Shown: piece by piece, positions 12,501-25,400 of the stretch
How the letters are laid out: every line of letters starts with the position of its first letter
How positions within the stretch are numbered: the first letter of the stretch is position 1
Assembly: GCA_002104905.1 (NCBI GenBank)
Contig: MCFE01000113.1
Location: 62,001-126,000, forward strand
From: Basidiobolus meristosporus CBS 931.73
Taxonomy: Eukaryota; Fungi; Basidiobolomycota
Length of the DNA: 64,000 bases
Direction of reading: 5' to 3'
The notes under the pieces: generated by a model
Database searches by the model: none
The model's input: only the letters and a program-made list of their open reading frames with translations
Told to the model about the DNA's origin: nothing
Made by a program: the position numbers and the translations under genes

Positions 12501-13443
12501 TTGACTACCTTGGCATATCACCTCAGAACTAATGGAGTCACTGAGTGGTTTAATGGATTATTTGGAACAATGCTGACCAAGTATGCAAATGGTGCTGTCA
12601 GAAGATGGGATGAGTATATAGAACAAGCACTGTTTGCATGCAGAGTTAGAGTACATAACACCACCCAACAATTGCCATTTGACTTTGTGTATTGATGTGA
12701 GCCAAGGATTCCAGGAGATCTCACACAACTACTGCTTGCAGACCCCTTAGAAGATGAGCTCAGCCAGCCCAGTAGACACCAGCAGCTGAAACAAAGATGT
12801 TAAGAGGCACAGGCCAAAGTATCTCAAAGTGCAGAAAAGATAAAGCAGAGATTGATAAGACCATATCACCAGAATCATTGACAGTTGGGAATTTTTTATT
12901 GCTGAGAGAAAATGCTTGGAAGTAGTTTGAGCCACAATAGATAGGACCTTTTAAGATCATCAGAGAGTGTCCATTTGCAACTTGTCTCTAGTGGACAAAC
13001 TAGGGAATATCCAACAAGATTTAGGTCACAGAGACCGCCTCAAGCTTGCAAGACTTGCCAACAATACTGATCCATCAAGATATTGGTATCATAAAAAAAG
13101 AGATTCAGGAAAACTCTCTCAACTTTAATAAGGGAGAATGTTATGATCTACCGCTTGAATGTTTAAGTAAGATCAGTTTTTAGTCAAATCAATCAGTTAT
13201 ATGCTTAGCCTATCAGCATATCAGTACTCTCTATCAAATCAGTAGCATTAGTCAGCAGATCCTTATCAGACAGCAATAGATATACTGAGTAGGATTGTAT
13301 TGGGTGATAATGATGCAATCAAATTAGTCATCAGCCACAACCTACGTTAGGAAATACATTAGTCAGCAATTGATCTGGCATCAACGTATACAATGAGCTG
13401 CTGGAATATCAATAAAGATTATACCCACTAAAGTATAACCATA
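9600..13443 (+). mobile_element. Ty3/gypsy element 1, 5'-truncated, decayed; no chromodomain seen
   Basis: gag end with zinc knuckle (VPTEIDA...GLCFNCHQ*EHIAKY), protease DSGA, RT ([20 protein letters not shown]), RNase H (DASDYAIGGVL), integrase (HNGFGHPG...CPYC; YHLRTNGVTEWFN), polypurine tract, 3' LTR. Confidence 0.9.
13139..13443 (+). repeat. 3' LTR of gypsy element 1 (3' end approximate)
   Basis: TGTTATGATCTACCGCTTGAATG follows the purine tract AATAAGGGAGAA; second copy at 20406. Confidence 0.8.
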
Positions 13444-14993
13444 TATTTCTTGTCTTGACATCAGTAAACATTATAAAGTATCTCTTGGATCCAGAGGACA
13501 GTATTCTCATGGGCCCACATATGTCTGAATATATAATAGAAACTATTTTGGTGATGTTAATGACTTTCATGGTCCTGAACCATTGCCTTGCTTGTTTGCC
13601 ATATGAACATCCCTTACAGACACTCAATTTGATTGGAGTAATATAGGTCTAAAACATGCTGATTTTTCACCAATTAGATCATTTTCTGTTCCCCCATGTG
13701 ATGAAACCTCTTACACCATGTCTCCCACTTAGTTTTATCACTTTCAGCAATGTTGGCATATTCAGGTACAACAAGCTTGCAATGTGACTTGTATATATTG
13801 TGATCTCTGATTCCCAAAACCAATTTTGGTCCATTTTCACTCAATATTGAGCTGTTCAGCTTAGTAAAAGCAAGTTCTAGTCCCTGAGCAGTTGCTTTAC
13901 TGATTGAGAGAGGTTATTAGCTCTTCCAGGTACACAGAGTACATGAGTCAGTTTTGCTGTTGTAGACACTGACACATCATTCATACTCAGTTGTATAGAC
14001 CCACCAGCAGTAGCTTACAGTGCGGAGTTGTCTGCCAGAAAAACACTACTTACAGGAATAGTCTTTGAGTTGCTGAACCACTCCTTTATACCACAAATAT
14101 ACTGTGATGCTCCAGAGTCAATATACCAGCTATTGCTCTGGTTACTTACACTCTCTTGTACAGTTACAACTAACTGTTCCCCAGTAGCTGTATGGCTTGT
14201 CTGCTCCAGTTTCTATTTTATATCTGCTTGCTTCTACTGGCACTCTCATGCCCAGTGTCCTGGATTTTACAGTAGTTACAGAAACCAGGTTTTCTTTGGT
14301 TTTGTTGCCTACCCTTCTTTTCCATGTGCCTTTCTGAGCTGAATAAAGTATTGTCTTCAATTTTTGCTGCTTAATCATTAAATCTGAGTTCTTCATGAAG
14401 AAGTTGTCCTTTGAGATAGTCTTATGTCAAATAATCCTCTCTGCTTTCAAAAGAAAGAGTTGCTATTACTTGTCTGTTAGGCTGCAAAGCAGGCAGACCA
14501 TTGTTTCTTCATCATCTACACCAGTATCCGTACTGTCAAGTTCTTCTGCAAGTGTCTCCATTCTGGTAATAAGTTGTATCATATCATCATCTGGCTTCTT
14601 CATCATGTTGATGAGCTTTATTTTATATAAAGCTTGCTTGATACTGACTTTCCTCTAAGTCCTTCTCCATAGTTTCCTATGTTGCTCTGGCAGTATTTTA
14701 AGCATGGGTTGTTCTAATAAAGGAATCTTGAGAGTTGAAAAATATTGCATTGAAGGATTTTATCTCCTTCCCCTGAAACTTTGCCACTTTGTTTGCTGTT
14801 TCTTTGGGCTCAACTTCTTTTCCTGTAAGTATATTCCAAGGCTTTCTTTCCTCAATGTGGATCTGCATCAGGATTCTCTAAAGTCTGTAGTTCTTCCCAT
14901 TAAACCTCTCCTTTACAGGAAAGATATTTGTATTGATCTGTTTGGCAGAGATGTCTTCTTTAAAATTGACTAAAGCATAAGGTGCTCATAACC

Positions 14994-16112
14994 TATTACA
15001 AGCTCAGAAGTGATTTGGACATAAGGGACTTATAAAGTAATAATGACAATAGACTTGCTCCGTTGGATAGTGCCACATTGAGCCATGAGTGCCAAATGAT
15101 GCCATAGTGTGCCAGAGAGGTCAAGTAGTAGTGTGCCAGAGAGGTCAAGTGAGCCTATGCTTGGCCACAGAGTGTGAAACATAGCTCTGCATCTTCATGT
15201 AAAGCAGCCCCTGTGTTTCACCCATTGCGCAGGAGAAAATCCATTTTTTGACCTTTTTTTGCGGATCAATGTAGCTCAGGATGTGTAAGAGCACAGGAGA
15301 ACTGAAGATATGCATCTGGTACTCAATACCCATGGCACTCTGAATCTAGCTCCTGTAGCTTGTATCATGTCACAAAAATGAATGGCACTATCTTGGTCCA
15401 CTGGTACTATCTGGCACTATAAGTGCTTTGTATAGATCTTACTTTAGGGCTAATATTTAAATATAGTGCCAGATAGTACCAGTGGACCAAGATAGTGCCA
15501 TTCATTTTTGTGACATGATACAAGCTACAGGAGCTAGATTCAGAGTGCCATGGGTATTGAGTACCAGATGCATATCTTCAATCTGCTTGTGCTCTAATAC
15601 ATCCTGCACAACATTGATCCAAAAAAAAAGATCAAAAAATGGATTTTCTCCAGCACAACGGGTGAAACACAGTGGCTGCTTTGCATGAAGATGCAGAGCT
15701 ATGTTTCACACTCTGTGGCCAAGCATAGGCTCACTTGACCTCTCTGGCACACTATGGCATCATTTGGCACTCATGGCTCAATGTGGCTCTATCCAACAGA
15801 ACAAGTCTAATGTTTGTACTATTGTTCATTCATAAAGAAGCTTGGTGTATAGCACTTTATGTAATGCAACTATAACACTAAGTATGGAGAGCTTCTGAAC
15901 AATCAGGAGCAATTTGTACAAGTTTCAGGGTTATCACATAACATTGGGTAAAAGTTGTGACTTGATTCTGACTGTAGGGAATGCTCATAGGATCATAGAT
16001 ATGAAGTGTCATTTAGTGCTGTAGGCTTCTTGTGCAGTGACCAAGACTAGTCCAGAACTGTTAAGTAAACTTTTGGGCTGCTGAATATTACTAAATAGTC
16101 AATATTTTAACA
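14994..16112 (-). repeat. 5' LTR of copia B (about 358 bp) interrupted by fold-back MITE 1
   Basis: Reverse complement starts TGTTAAAATATTG; aligns with the LTR at 18265-18615. Confidence 0.75.
15051..15808. mobile_element. Fold-back MITE copy 1 (758 bp, includes a short internal tandem duplication)
   Basis: AAT|AGACTTGCTC...AACAAGTCT|AAT; about 345-bp inverted arms around a 40-bp spacer. Confidence 0.9.
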
Positions 16113-18615
16113 GTGGCATTAATGACAGCAAAATATTGGCTATTGTGCACTCAGACATATGTAGGTCCATGAGAATACTGTCCTTTGGAGCCAAAAGATG
16201 CTGTTAACATATATTGATGACATGCAAGATAGACATGGGTGTACTTCCTTAACACAAAGGATGAGGCTTTGGAGATGTTTAATTTCTTCAAGATCATGGC
16301 AGAAACACAAACTGGGTATATATTGATGGTACTTTGAAGTGACAATGGAGGGGAATACTGCTCAAAGGAGTATGCCAAATACAGCTCATCTACTGGAATA
16401 CCTCAATAGACCACTGTTCCACATACTCCACAGTAAAATGGTGAAGCAAAACATGCAAATAGAAAAATAGTTGGCATGGGTGGATCTATGGTACATTATA
16501 GGAGAATTGGTTGCAAATTCTGTGCTCAATCTGCTGCCACCATAGTTTACATCAGGAATGGATGCCCAACTGCAGCACTCTATGACTTTAAACCCTTTGA
16601 AGCAAGTACAGGGAATAAACCAGACCTCCAGCACCTCAGGATATTTGGCAGTGATGTTTTTATCACATTCCTCACAGAAAATGCCCAAAGTTTGAAACAA
16701 AGAGTAGAAAAGGGGTCTTTCTTGGGAATGAGAGGATACCAAAGAGTATAGGGTCTATGATGGCAAAATTCAGAAGCTGATCAAGGGCAGGAATACAGTA
16801 TTTGAGAAAATTTAGTTAGAAAGCCACTCAAATTGTTGGCCTGCTGCCTGATGAAGCAATCAACACTAATGAAGAAGATATGTACCCAATTCTGCCAGAT
16901 ACAGAGAATGATTCTGCAAGTTCAAGATCAGAGCATGCTATGCCAGTCAGGAGATCTACAAGAATAAGAAATGCCCTTGAATCCTAATGGCCAATATCCA
17001 AAGATCATGAAAAAGCTTATCTTGACTTACATGCTAAACCTCAGAATCTGGAACAGACAATGCAAAGTGCAGATGCTACCATGTGGTAACAAGCCATGCC
17101 AGAGGAGTACCAATTACCAATTGGAGTAAAAACATGGGAACTGGTAGATTTATCAAATGGGAGAAAGCCAAAAGGACATTGATAGGTATACAAGATCAAG
17201 ATTACTTCAAATGGCACTTTTGATAAGCACAAGGCTAGATTGGTGGCTAAAGGCTATTCCCAGGTACAGGGATTACACTTCAGCAAAACATCTGAACTGG
17301 ATGTCAGGTTGACTCCATCAGGACACTTCTAGCCTTGGAAATCAGATCTCCTTAGCAAGTTTGGGTTGAAAGATCTTGGATAATTGAGCTATTTTCTTCG
17401 AATAGTTGTCAACTATGACATACCTGTGCAGAAGATTGTGTTGAATCAGTACATCAGGGACATTCTTATACACTTCATATTGCAAAATTGTAAGCCTGCA
17501 GCTACCCCCATGTACAATAACCTGAAATAGAGCAAATCTCAGCCAGTTTCAAGTGAAAAAGGCCCAAGAATGGATATACAATTTCTGTATCAATCATTGG
17601 CTGGTAGCCTGATGTACTTGATGATGTCTATACATCCAGATATTACAGTGGCAGCTGGATTAGTCAGTCACATCATGTAAGAGTATGGATCCAATCAAAT
17701 CACAACATTTGAGTGGATTTTCATATTTCCACATGGTACCATAAATGTAGTATTAGAATATACTGGAGCAGCTAAAAGGCAAGAATGTGATGGCTATAGT
17801 GATTCATACTGGGGTAGGGAACTGATTGACAGCTGCTCTATCACTGGGAATGTACTTTTTATGATGGTGCAGCTATTACCTTGAATTGCAAGAAACAACC
17901 AACTGTGGCCCTCTCTACAGCTGAAGCCAAATCTATTGCAGCTTGTCAAGCAACTACATAGGTAATATGGCTATAAATATTATTCAAACACTTAGGTTTT
18001 GATTCAGATGAGACAAATTGTATATAAAAGGATAATTAAGGTTGTATTTCCTAAGCTAGCAATTCTACAAATCATGGCAGAGCTAAGCACTCAGATACAA
18101 AACACCACTTTGGGAGGGAAGCTGTAGAAATTTACTTGGTAGAGTTAGCTTACCACCCAACTGACAAAATGGTGGCAGAAATAATGCCAAAACCACAAGT
18201 TGGACCACAATTTTAGAATGTCAGAGAGGAATCAGAATTGAGAAATTATGTAGTTGAGGGGGGGTGCTAAGATATTGGTCTACTTGGTATTGTTCAGCAG
18301 TTAAACACTTACATAGCTGCTATAGACTAGTTTTGGTCACTGTAGGCCTAGAGCCCCAAGTTGCCACCTTCTTCAGATCTATGATTCTGTGAGCATTCCC
18401 CTACAGCCACAACTTTTACAAAATATTATGAAATAACCATAAACTGTACCAGAATGCTGTGGAGTGTTGAAAAGCTCTGCTTACTTAGTGTTACAGTTGT
18501 ATTACTTCTATAAAGGTATAACTACTAAGCTTCTTTATGAATAAACAGCAATTCAACTATTTACACTATGTTCTGATAAGTCCCATACATCGCAATCACT
18601 TCTTAAGTTACAACA
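16113..18615 (+). mobile_element. Ty1/copia family B, 3' half (integrase, RT, RNase H, PPT, 3' LTR 18265-18615), heavily decayed
   Basis: HSDICRSM, *SDNGGEYCS, ARLVAKGYSQ and KKQPTVALSTAEA motifs; GTTGAGGGGGGG precedes TGCTAAGATATTGG...TTACAACA. Confidence 0.85.
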
Positions 18616-18619
18616 AGAT

Positions 18620-19260
18620 CTCCACTTAGACTTTGAAGCACAATCACAGTGCCCAAATGTAGAGTACACAAAAATTCTATGGTAACATAGAAGGGAAAGT
18701 CTGTGCTTATTTTGCCCAGGCCTAAGTACCAAAGACATTCAAGATCTGTGAAGCCATTGGGTTTAACAATGCAGATAGAGCCATATCTGAGAGGCTGTAA
18801 GAGGTACTGTGTGGCATAACTGTGAGGCTAGCATACCATGGGATCATCAGCAACCCAAGGAAAAGCAAAATGCACATGATCTGTCCCATGAGCCTTAACC
18901 TGTATTCAAGCAAGCAGATTTATTTTTGCCCACAATTGGTATGTTAAGAAAGTATATCAAGGGTGACAGAAGCTATTTACGGCAGAAGAGCCAAGGTGCC
19001 ACAACCAATAACCAGTTACTACTTCAAGAGGTTGTCACCAGTAGGGCTGGAAGCTTGAAAAGATGCAAAGTAATGCAAGGTAACTAGAAGAGTGCCAGTA
19101 AGGGACAATCATGTAGAAGCAAATGCATCTGAGCAGCACCTATCAAGAAACCAGCATTAATGAATACAAGATACACCCAGTCAAAGTAGTACTGAGGGAC
19201 CAAGTAGTGATAAAGGCCTGTGGCTTTCTCAAGAGCATGTTTTTGGCTGAGCTGAAAGCT
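18620..19260 (+). pseudogene. Diverged homolog of CMC ORF-A (central helical domain)
   Basis: AAGACATTCAAGATCTGTGAAGCCATTG...CCATGGGATCATCAG...GGTATGTTAAGAAAGTAT aligns with 42750-43000. Confidence 0.7.
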
Positions 19261-19284
19261 CAATACAGGTAGTAAAGTTATTAT

Positions 19285-20387
19285 TATTGCAATATAAGAA
19301 GTGATGCAGATATAAGGAACTTATCAAGAGATAGTAATAATAGCTCAACTGCTGTTTACTCAAAGAGAAGCTCATTATTTATGTCCTTGTAGAAGTGATA
19401 CAACTGTGACCCAAAGTAAGGAGGGTCTCTCAACATTCAGGGGCATTCTTGACAGTTACATGGTTAGTGCATAATAGACTTGCTCTGTTAGATAGTGCCA
19501 CATTGAGCCATGAGTGCCAAATGATGCCATAGTGTGCCAGGGAGGCCAAGTTAGCCCATATTTGGCCACAGAGTGTGAAACATAGCACTGCATCTTCATG
19601 CAGAGCAGCCCCCATGTTTCACCCATTCTACTAGAGAAAATCCAATTCTTGACCTTCTTTTTTTGGATCAATGTTGTTTAGGATATGTAACAGCACAAAG
19701 GGAATGAGGATATGCATCTGGTGCTCAATACCCATGGCACTCTGAATCTAGCTCTTGTGGCTTGTATTGAGTCACAAAAATACTTGGTGCTATCTTGGTC
19801 CACTGGTACTATTGAGCAATATAATTGCTTTGTATAGGTTTTACTTTAGGGCTAATATTTAAATATAGTGCCTGGTAGTACCAGTGGACCAACATATTGC
19901 CATGCGTTTTTGTGACATGATACAAGCCATAGGAGCTAGATTCAAAGTGCCATGGGTATTGAGTACCAGATGGATGTCTTCAGTCCTTCTGTGCTATTAG
20001 ACATCCTGCACAACGCTGATCCAAATAAAGGTCAAAAAATGGATCATCTCCAGCACAATAGGTGAAATACTGGGGCTGCTTTGCATGAAGATGAAGAGTT
20101 ATGTTTCACACTTTGAGGCCAAGTTTAGGTCTGCTTTACCTTTCTGGCATGCAATGGCACTATTTGGCACTCATGGCTCAATGTAGCACTATCATACAGA
20201 ACAAGTCTAATGCTTGATAAGGGTCCTAATTTGATCTTGACTGTAGGAAAATAATCATAGGATCATAGGTTTAAAGAATGTTGCAAAGTAAGGGCTGTCA
20301 GTTAGCCCTACAGTGACTAAGATTAGCCCAGATGTGTTAAGTAAATTTAAACTGCTGAGTGATACCAAACAGTTCAATATTAAAACA
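19285..20387 (-). repeat. Isolated copia-B-type LTR (about 367 bp) interrupted by fold-back MITE 2; no matching TSD
   Basis: Reverse complement aligns with 18265-18615 at both ends. Confidence 0.65.
19476..20208. mobile_element. Fold-back MITE copy 2 (733 bp)
   Basis: AAT|AGACTTGCTC...AACAAGTCT|AAT; same arms and spacer as copies 1 and 3. Confidence 0.9.
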
Positions 20388-20405
20388 GGAATGTCAAGTT
20401 ACCAG

Positions 20406-20722
20406 TGTTATGATCTGCCGCTTGAATGCTTAAGTTAGATCAGTTTTTAGTCAAATCAATTAGTATATGTTTAGGTTATCAGTATATCAGTATTATCTAT
20501 GAAATCAGTAGCATTAGTCAGCAAATGAATCAGCAGATCCTTATCAGACAGAAATAGATATATTAAGTAGGATCTTATTGGGTGATGATGATGCAATCAA
20601 ATGAGTCATCAGCCACAACCTACATTAGGAAATACAATTAGTCAGCAATTGATCTGGCAAAATGTATTTAAGGAGCTGCTGGAACCTCAATAAAAATCAG
20701 TTCAAGTTTTAGTGAATACAAT
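20406..20722 (+). repeat. Solo LTR of gypsy element 1
   Basis: TGTTATGATCTGCCGCTTGAATG matches 13139; flanks ACCAG/ACTAG are a possible 5-bp TSD with one transition. Confidence 0.75.
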
Positions 20723-20729
20723 ACTAGCT

Positions 20730-21330
20730 AAACTCCCTATTCCTCTACAACTCTTATACCAAGACTTGTAGCACCAGGAGAGTGCTTATGAGAAACAAGT
20801 ATGCAAAATACAAGCATCAATGTACCATTTAGCAAGAGAAAAATGCAGTCCATACCAGTACTCTGTCAAAATAGAAGTGAAAAGCCTGGCTATCATGAGA
20901 TTTAAGGTCCAGAGATAACTGTCTACCCAAGCCAAAGATAGGAATGTGCAAAAGAAAACCTGCAGCTCTCACCAGATGGTTCCATTGGCCTAAAACAAGC
21001 TGAATTCCACAACAGCCTAGAACATTATTAATAAGACCAATATATTCAATGGCAAACATTACAAACAGCTAAGAAGCAAGTGCTACCTGAAGGTATTAAG
21101 ACCATGCCTTTGCCTTAGCACTTGATGGATTCTCATTAGATAAGTGTTATACCAGCAAATCCTGCTGGCCACTAGATCTCATCAACCTGAATCAGCCACC
21201 AATGTACCTGTATTTCAGCATAAATTGGATGAATATCTCAGTAATATCTATTCCAAAATCACTGTTCAATCTGGTTTGCACCATGCAACCAATCCTGGAT
21301 TAATTTAGCATGCTATCTAGCAGAATGCAA
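20730..21330 (+). pseudogene. Diverged tnp2-type transposase fragment
   Basis: 21040-21300 matches NIFNGKHYKQLRSK...HAFALALDGFSL...KSCWPL. Confidence 0.65.
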
Positions 21331-21399
21331 TGAATGGATGATGTAATTGCACAGAATTGCTATGATTTGTAAAAATCTTTGCAACACAAATTCTTTCTT

Positions 21400-22441
21400 A
21401 GCAATCCTAATGATAACATTACAAATGAGTGATCACTAATTTTTGATATAAGTTATATCTAGGTCATCTCAAACTTGAGACTGAACTCCTTTATATAAGC
21501 ATGTTGCATATTATTTGTTACATCAGTGCAGCTATTTGATCTGTTCTATAGCTCCCTGATCTGTTGCATGCCAGCTGCAACACCTTGTCAATCACTGAAA
21601 TCAGGGATTTACTTTCTTAATTGGCAAAATGGTATATTTGATGGCAAGTCAGATAGCTTGTGTATTGTGCACTGGACTAACTGGGGGCTCACAGCTTCAG
21701 AATACTCTGAGACCAAATAACCACTGATATCTGATCCAATCAGAATAATGATTACTGTAAGGTGAGTATCAGTACACTGTATGTATGAACTCTGTATTCA
21801 ATGGTGTAGAAATCCTGGCATACTTTGGTACAGTTCTCTTAATAAAAATTAGTAGATTGTTACATCCAACCCAGCATTGCATTACCTGATGGATTGCCCA
21901 TGCAATGGGGTGGCTTAGCTTCCTAATGTCAAAGGCATAAGTGTCTCTATATCAGCTTCCCTCCTCAGGATTTTCCATCTTATCCTGGTGGTCTTCTCTG
22001 TGCCAACTCAGAACATCAATGACAGAATTGAAGGTCATGTTCTTGATGAGATTGGGATATGATAGTACTTCCAACTTGACTCATCTTCCTATCTCCAAAC
22101 ACATCTGCTCAGTAGGAAACTCTCCAAAGGGGATGCAATATCTAGTATTCTCCACACACCAAGCAAGATGGAGTATGGAGTAGATGCAGTAGTGGCAGAG
22201 ATCTATGCATTCAGCTTTATGTTTGTATCATAGCTGCTCAAATCCTCTTGCAAACTCTTTGCATAAAAGCCAAGGCTAAAGCAAGGTAGCATAGGGGATC
22301 TGCTACTGAATAAATATTCCACCAGTGTCTGTATATGACTCACAATGCATCCCTTGTACCCACAATAGAAATTGCTTCAGAAGACCACTTGACTAAATAT
22401 AAGTCCAGTTCATCCAGTCCTTGCATTTGTAATGTTATATA
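21400..22441 (-). pseudogene. CMC transposase (second subfamily), 3' part; continues at 27893
   Basis: Aligns with 39550-40120; interrupted by the copia A compound element. Confidence 0.7.
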
Positions 22442-25400
22442 TGTATTAAGAGTTTGTAATTCCACCTAAATATTCACCTAACTTGGTCACTTAGATCTTT
22501 ACCTTAAAATCCTAGAGAATACTGACCAAATTCCTTGTTGGGATTTACTTGAAATATATTCACCAAATTACCAGGTACCCCAAACATGAAAAATTTGCAA
22601 AGTTGTCCAAGCAACCCCAAACTTTGCACACATGTTCTTGGGACCTTCCTTAACCTATTCTACTTGTATGTAATATCAAGACCATGTAAATGTACAAATA
22701 CTACTTTTACATTCAATAAATCATTGAGTGAAAACCACACAATCAACTTGTGCTGCCAATCACTTACAATATCTCCATGACTCTTACAACAGGTTATGAG
22801 CCCCAAGCTATCACTCTCTACAATGTCTACTACTGCTATTACTGGAGGTTTTCCCTCTGCTGAAAAGTTGGATGGATCCAACTACCAAGTGTGGGAGGTA
22901 AACATGAAGATGCTGCTACTAGAAAGTGGCTTTTTGGATATTGTCATGGGAGAGGAATGCCCTCCTAAAAACATGAGAGAGGAAGCCTTAGAGTACCAGA
23001 AGAAAGAACAAAGTGCCTTCAACTGCAGTTGCCTTAATGTTGAGGGCAATTTACTAATTCAATGCCCAAGAGCAAAAACGGCAAAGAATGCCGGGAAGGC
23101 ATTAGAAGACACCTACCAGTCATGTTCAGCTGTGAAGAAAATGTATCTGCGACAAAAATTCCTCATTGCAAAGATGCTGCCAGGAGAAGAAATGAGAAAT
23201 CTAATTAACAGATTTACCCTGCTGGTAGATGTAATGGAATCTGTGAGTGTTCCAACCACTGATGAGGATGTGATAGTTACCATCCTGTATAGCCTTACAG
23301 ATGAGCTTCAGAGCGTTGTATTAGTCCTATAGTCCCAAACTGATGATTTGATCTTACATTACACATGTGGAAGGCTCCTGGATGAAGTATTAAGAAAATC
23401 AAGCGCAAATAAGAAGGATGAAGAAAATACTTTAATAAGCAATGATAACCAACAAAGGAGGTACCCTAGACCCTACAATGGCAACAGCAGCCTGTTTTGG
23501 TACTACTGCAAAAGGAAAGGACACATATCAGACCGGTGCTTCAAAAAGAAAGAGAGTAAGCAGAAAAAGCCTGAATATGGAAATGCCACAATAACTGAAG
23601 ATAGACAATTCATATCTGCACTAAATAAGACCATAGACAAGGATTCTCAGAAGGGATATATTGACTCTGGAGCATCTCAACACTTTACACACCAAGAAGT
23701 ACTTTTTACGCAATATCAAGAGATTCTAATTAAGAAGGTTTTCATGGGTGACAATAGAACACGTAATGCAGTGGGAGAAGGAAGTATCCAAGTAAACCTT
23801 AGAAGCAGTGAAGGAAGCCATACACTGACCTTTCAAGAAGTACTCTATGTACCTGAAATAGTCAAGAACCTACAATCTGTAAGCAAGGCCACAGCAGAAG
23901 GACTCAGCTTCAGCTTTGACAATTCTGAACGCAAGATCACTGATTAAAACTGTGCCCATATTGCTTTGGGTATCAGAGATCAGAATCCATACAAGCTGAC
24001 TTATATTCCATCATATTTTGAGTTTCAAAAGGAGTAATGCTGACTATAGTATATACTATAAGCCAGATAGAACAAATCCAGTTCTATTAGCTCTATATGT
24101 GGATGATCTTATTGTAGCCGCCAATAACCTAGAAACATTGGAAGAGACTAAATCCAGCCTATCTAAGGAGTTCAAGATGTCCAATCCAGGAGAACTTAGT
24201 TACTACTTAGGGATTAAGTTCTCCATAGACAGAAGTACCCAGACTATTACCCTAAGCCAATCCAAGTATATTCAAGATATACTAAAGAAGTACAAAATGG
24301 AAGACTGTAAACCGGCAGCTACCCCAATGGAGACAAACCTTAACTTGGTCAAAACTCAACCAAATCAAGAGAGCTTGGTACCATCTGAAAGCCCTGACTT
24401 TCCTTATCAGTCTATGGTTGGTAGTATGATGTATATCATGCTTGGAACACGTCCAGATATCTCATATTCAGTGGGAGTTGTCAGCCAACATAATCAGAGC
24501 TATGGATCTGATCATATTGCAGCAGTTAAGCGGATTTTTAGATACCTAAAAGGAACTGCTGATATCTGCTTAAGATACACTTATAAGGACTCAGAACAAG
24601 ATCTTGTGGGATACTCTGATGCAGATTCGGGACGAAATTTAGAAGACAGAAGAACCACCACAGGATACACCTTTCTTTACTGTCAAGGAGCAATTTCATG
24701 GAATTCAAGAAAGCAACCAACCGTAGCACTTTCTACCACAGAGGCAGAGTATATGGCAGCCTGTGAAGCTACAAAAGAAGCAATGTGGTTAAGAAAGCTC
24801 TTTACAGATTTAGGCCTATGTCAAAAAACGCCTATTACTTTATTTCAAGATAATCAAGGATGTATACAATTAGGTAGAAATCCAACTTTTCATGCTAGAA
24901 CCAAGCACATAGATATTAGACATCATTTCATACGTGAAGCTATAGAGAATAACTTAGTTAGCTTAGTTTACTGTCCTACAGATGAAATGATTGCAGACAT
25001 ATTTACCAAACCATTAGCTAGAGACAAGTTTGAATATCTTAGGTCAAAATTAGGACTAGTCAGTATGAACATTTAGCTGAGTGGGAGTGTTGTAAAAATT
25101 CGTATTTTCCACCTAAATATTCACCTAACTTAGTCACTTAGATCATCACCTTCAAATCCTAGAGAATACTGACCAAATTCCTTGTCGGGATTTACTTAGA
25201 ATATTTTCACCAAAATACCAGGTACCCAGTACATGAAAATTCTCAAAGTTGTCCAAACAGCCCCAAACTTTGCACACATGTTCTTGGGACCTTCCTTAAC
25301 CTATTCTACGTGTTTGTAATGCCAAGACCAGGTAAAAGTATAAATACTACTTTTACATTCAATAAATCATTAAGTGAAAACCACATAATCTACTTGTTCT

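Larger units (their letters stand above)
13444..16112 (-). mobile_element. Ty1/copia family B, 5' half (LTR, PBS, gag, protease, start of integrase)
   Basis: gag N terminus FNGKNY...WNILTGKE near 14800-14930; GAG-pre-integrase/rve CKGCSYGKQAR...YSDICGPM at 13409-13627; PBS GGTTATGAGCACC at 14981-14993. Confidence 0.8.

Noticed and set aside
13190-13380. Repeated ATCAG/GTCAG words in the gypsy-1 LTR
   Set aside because: Irregular spacing, no direct-repeat/spacer pattern; ordinary LTR U3 repetition, not a CRISPR or satellite
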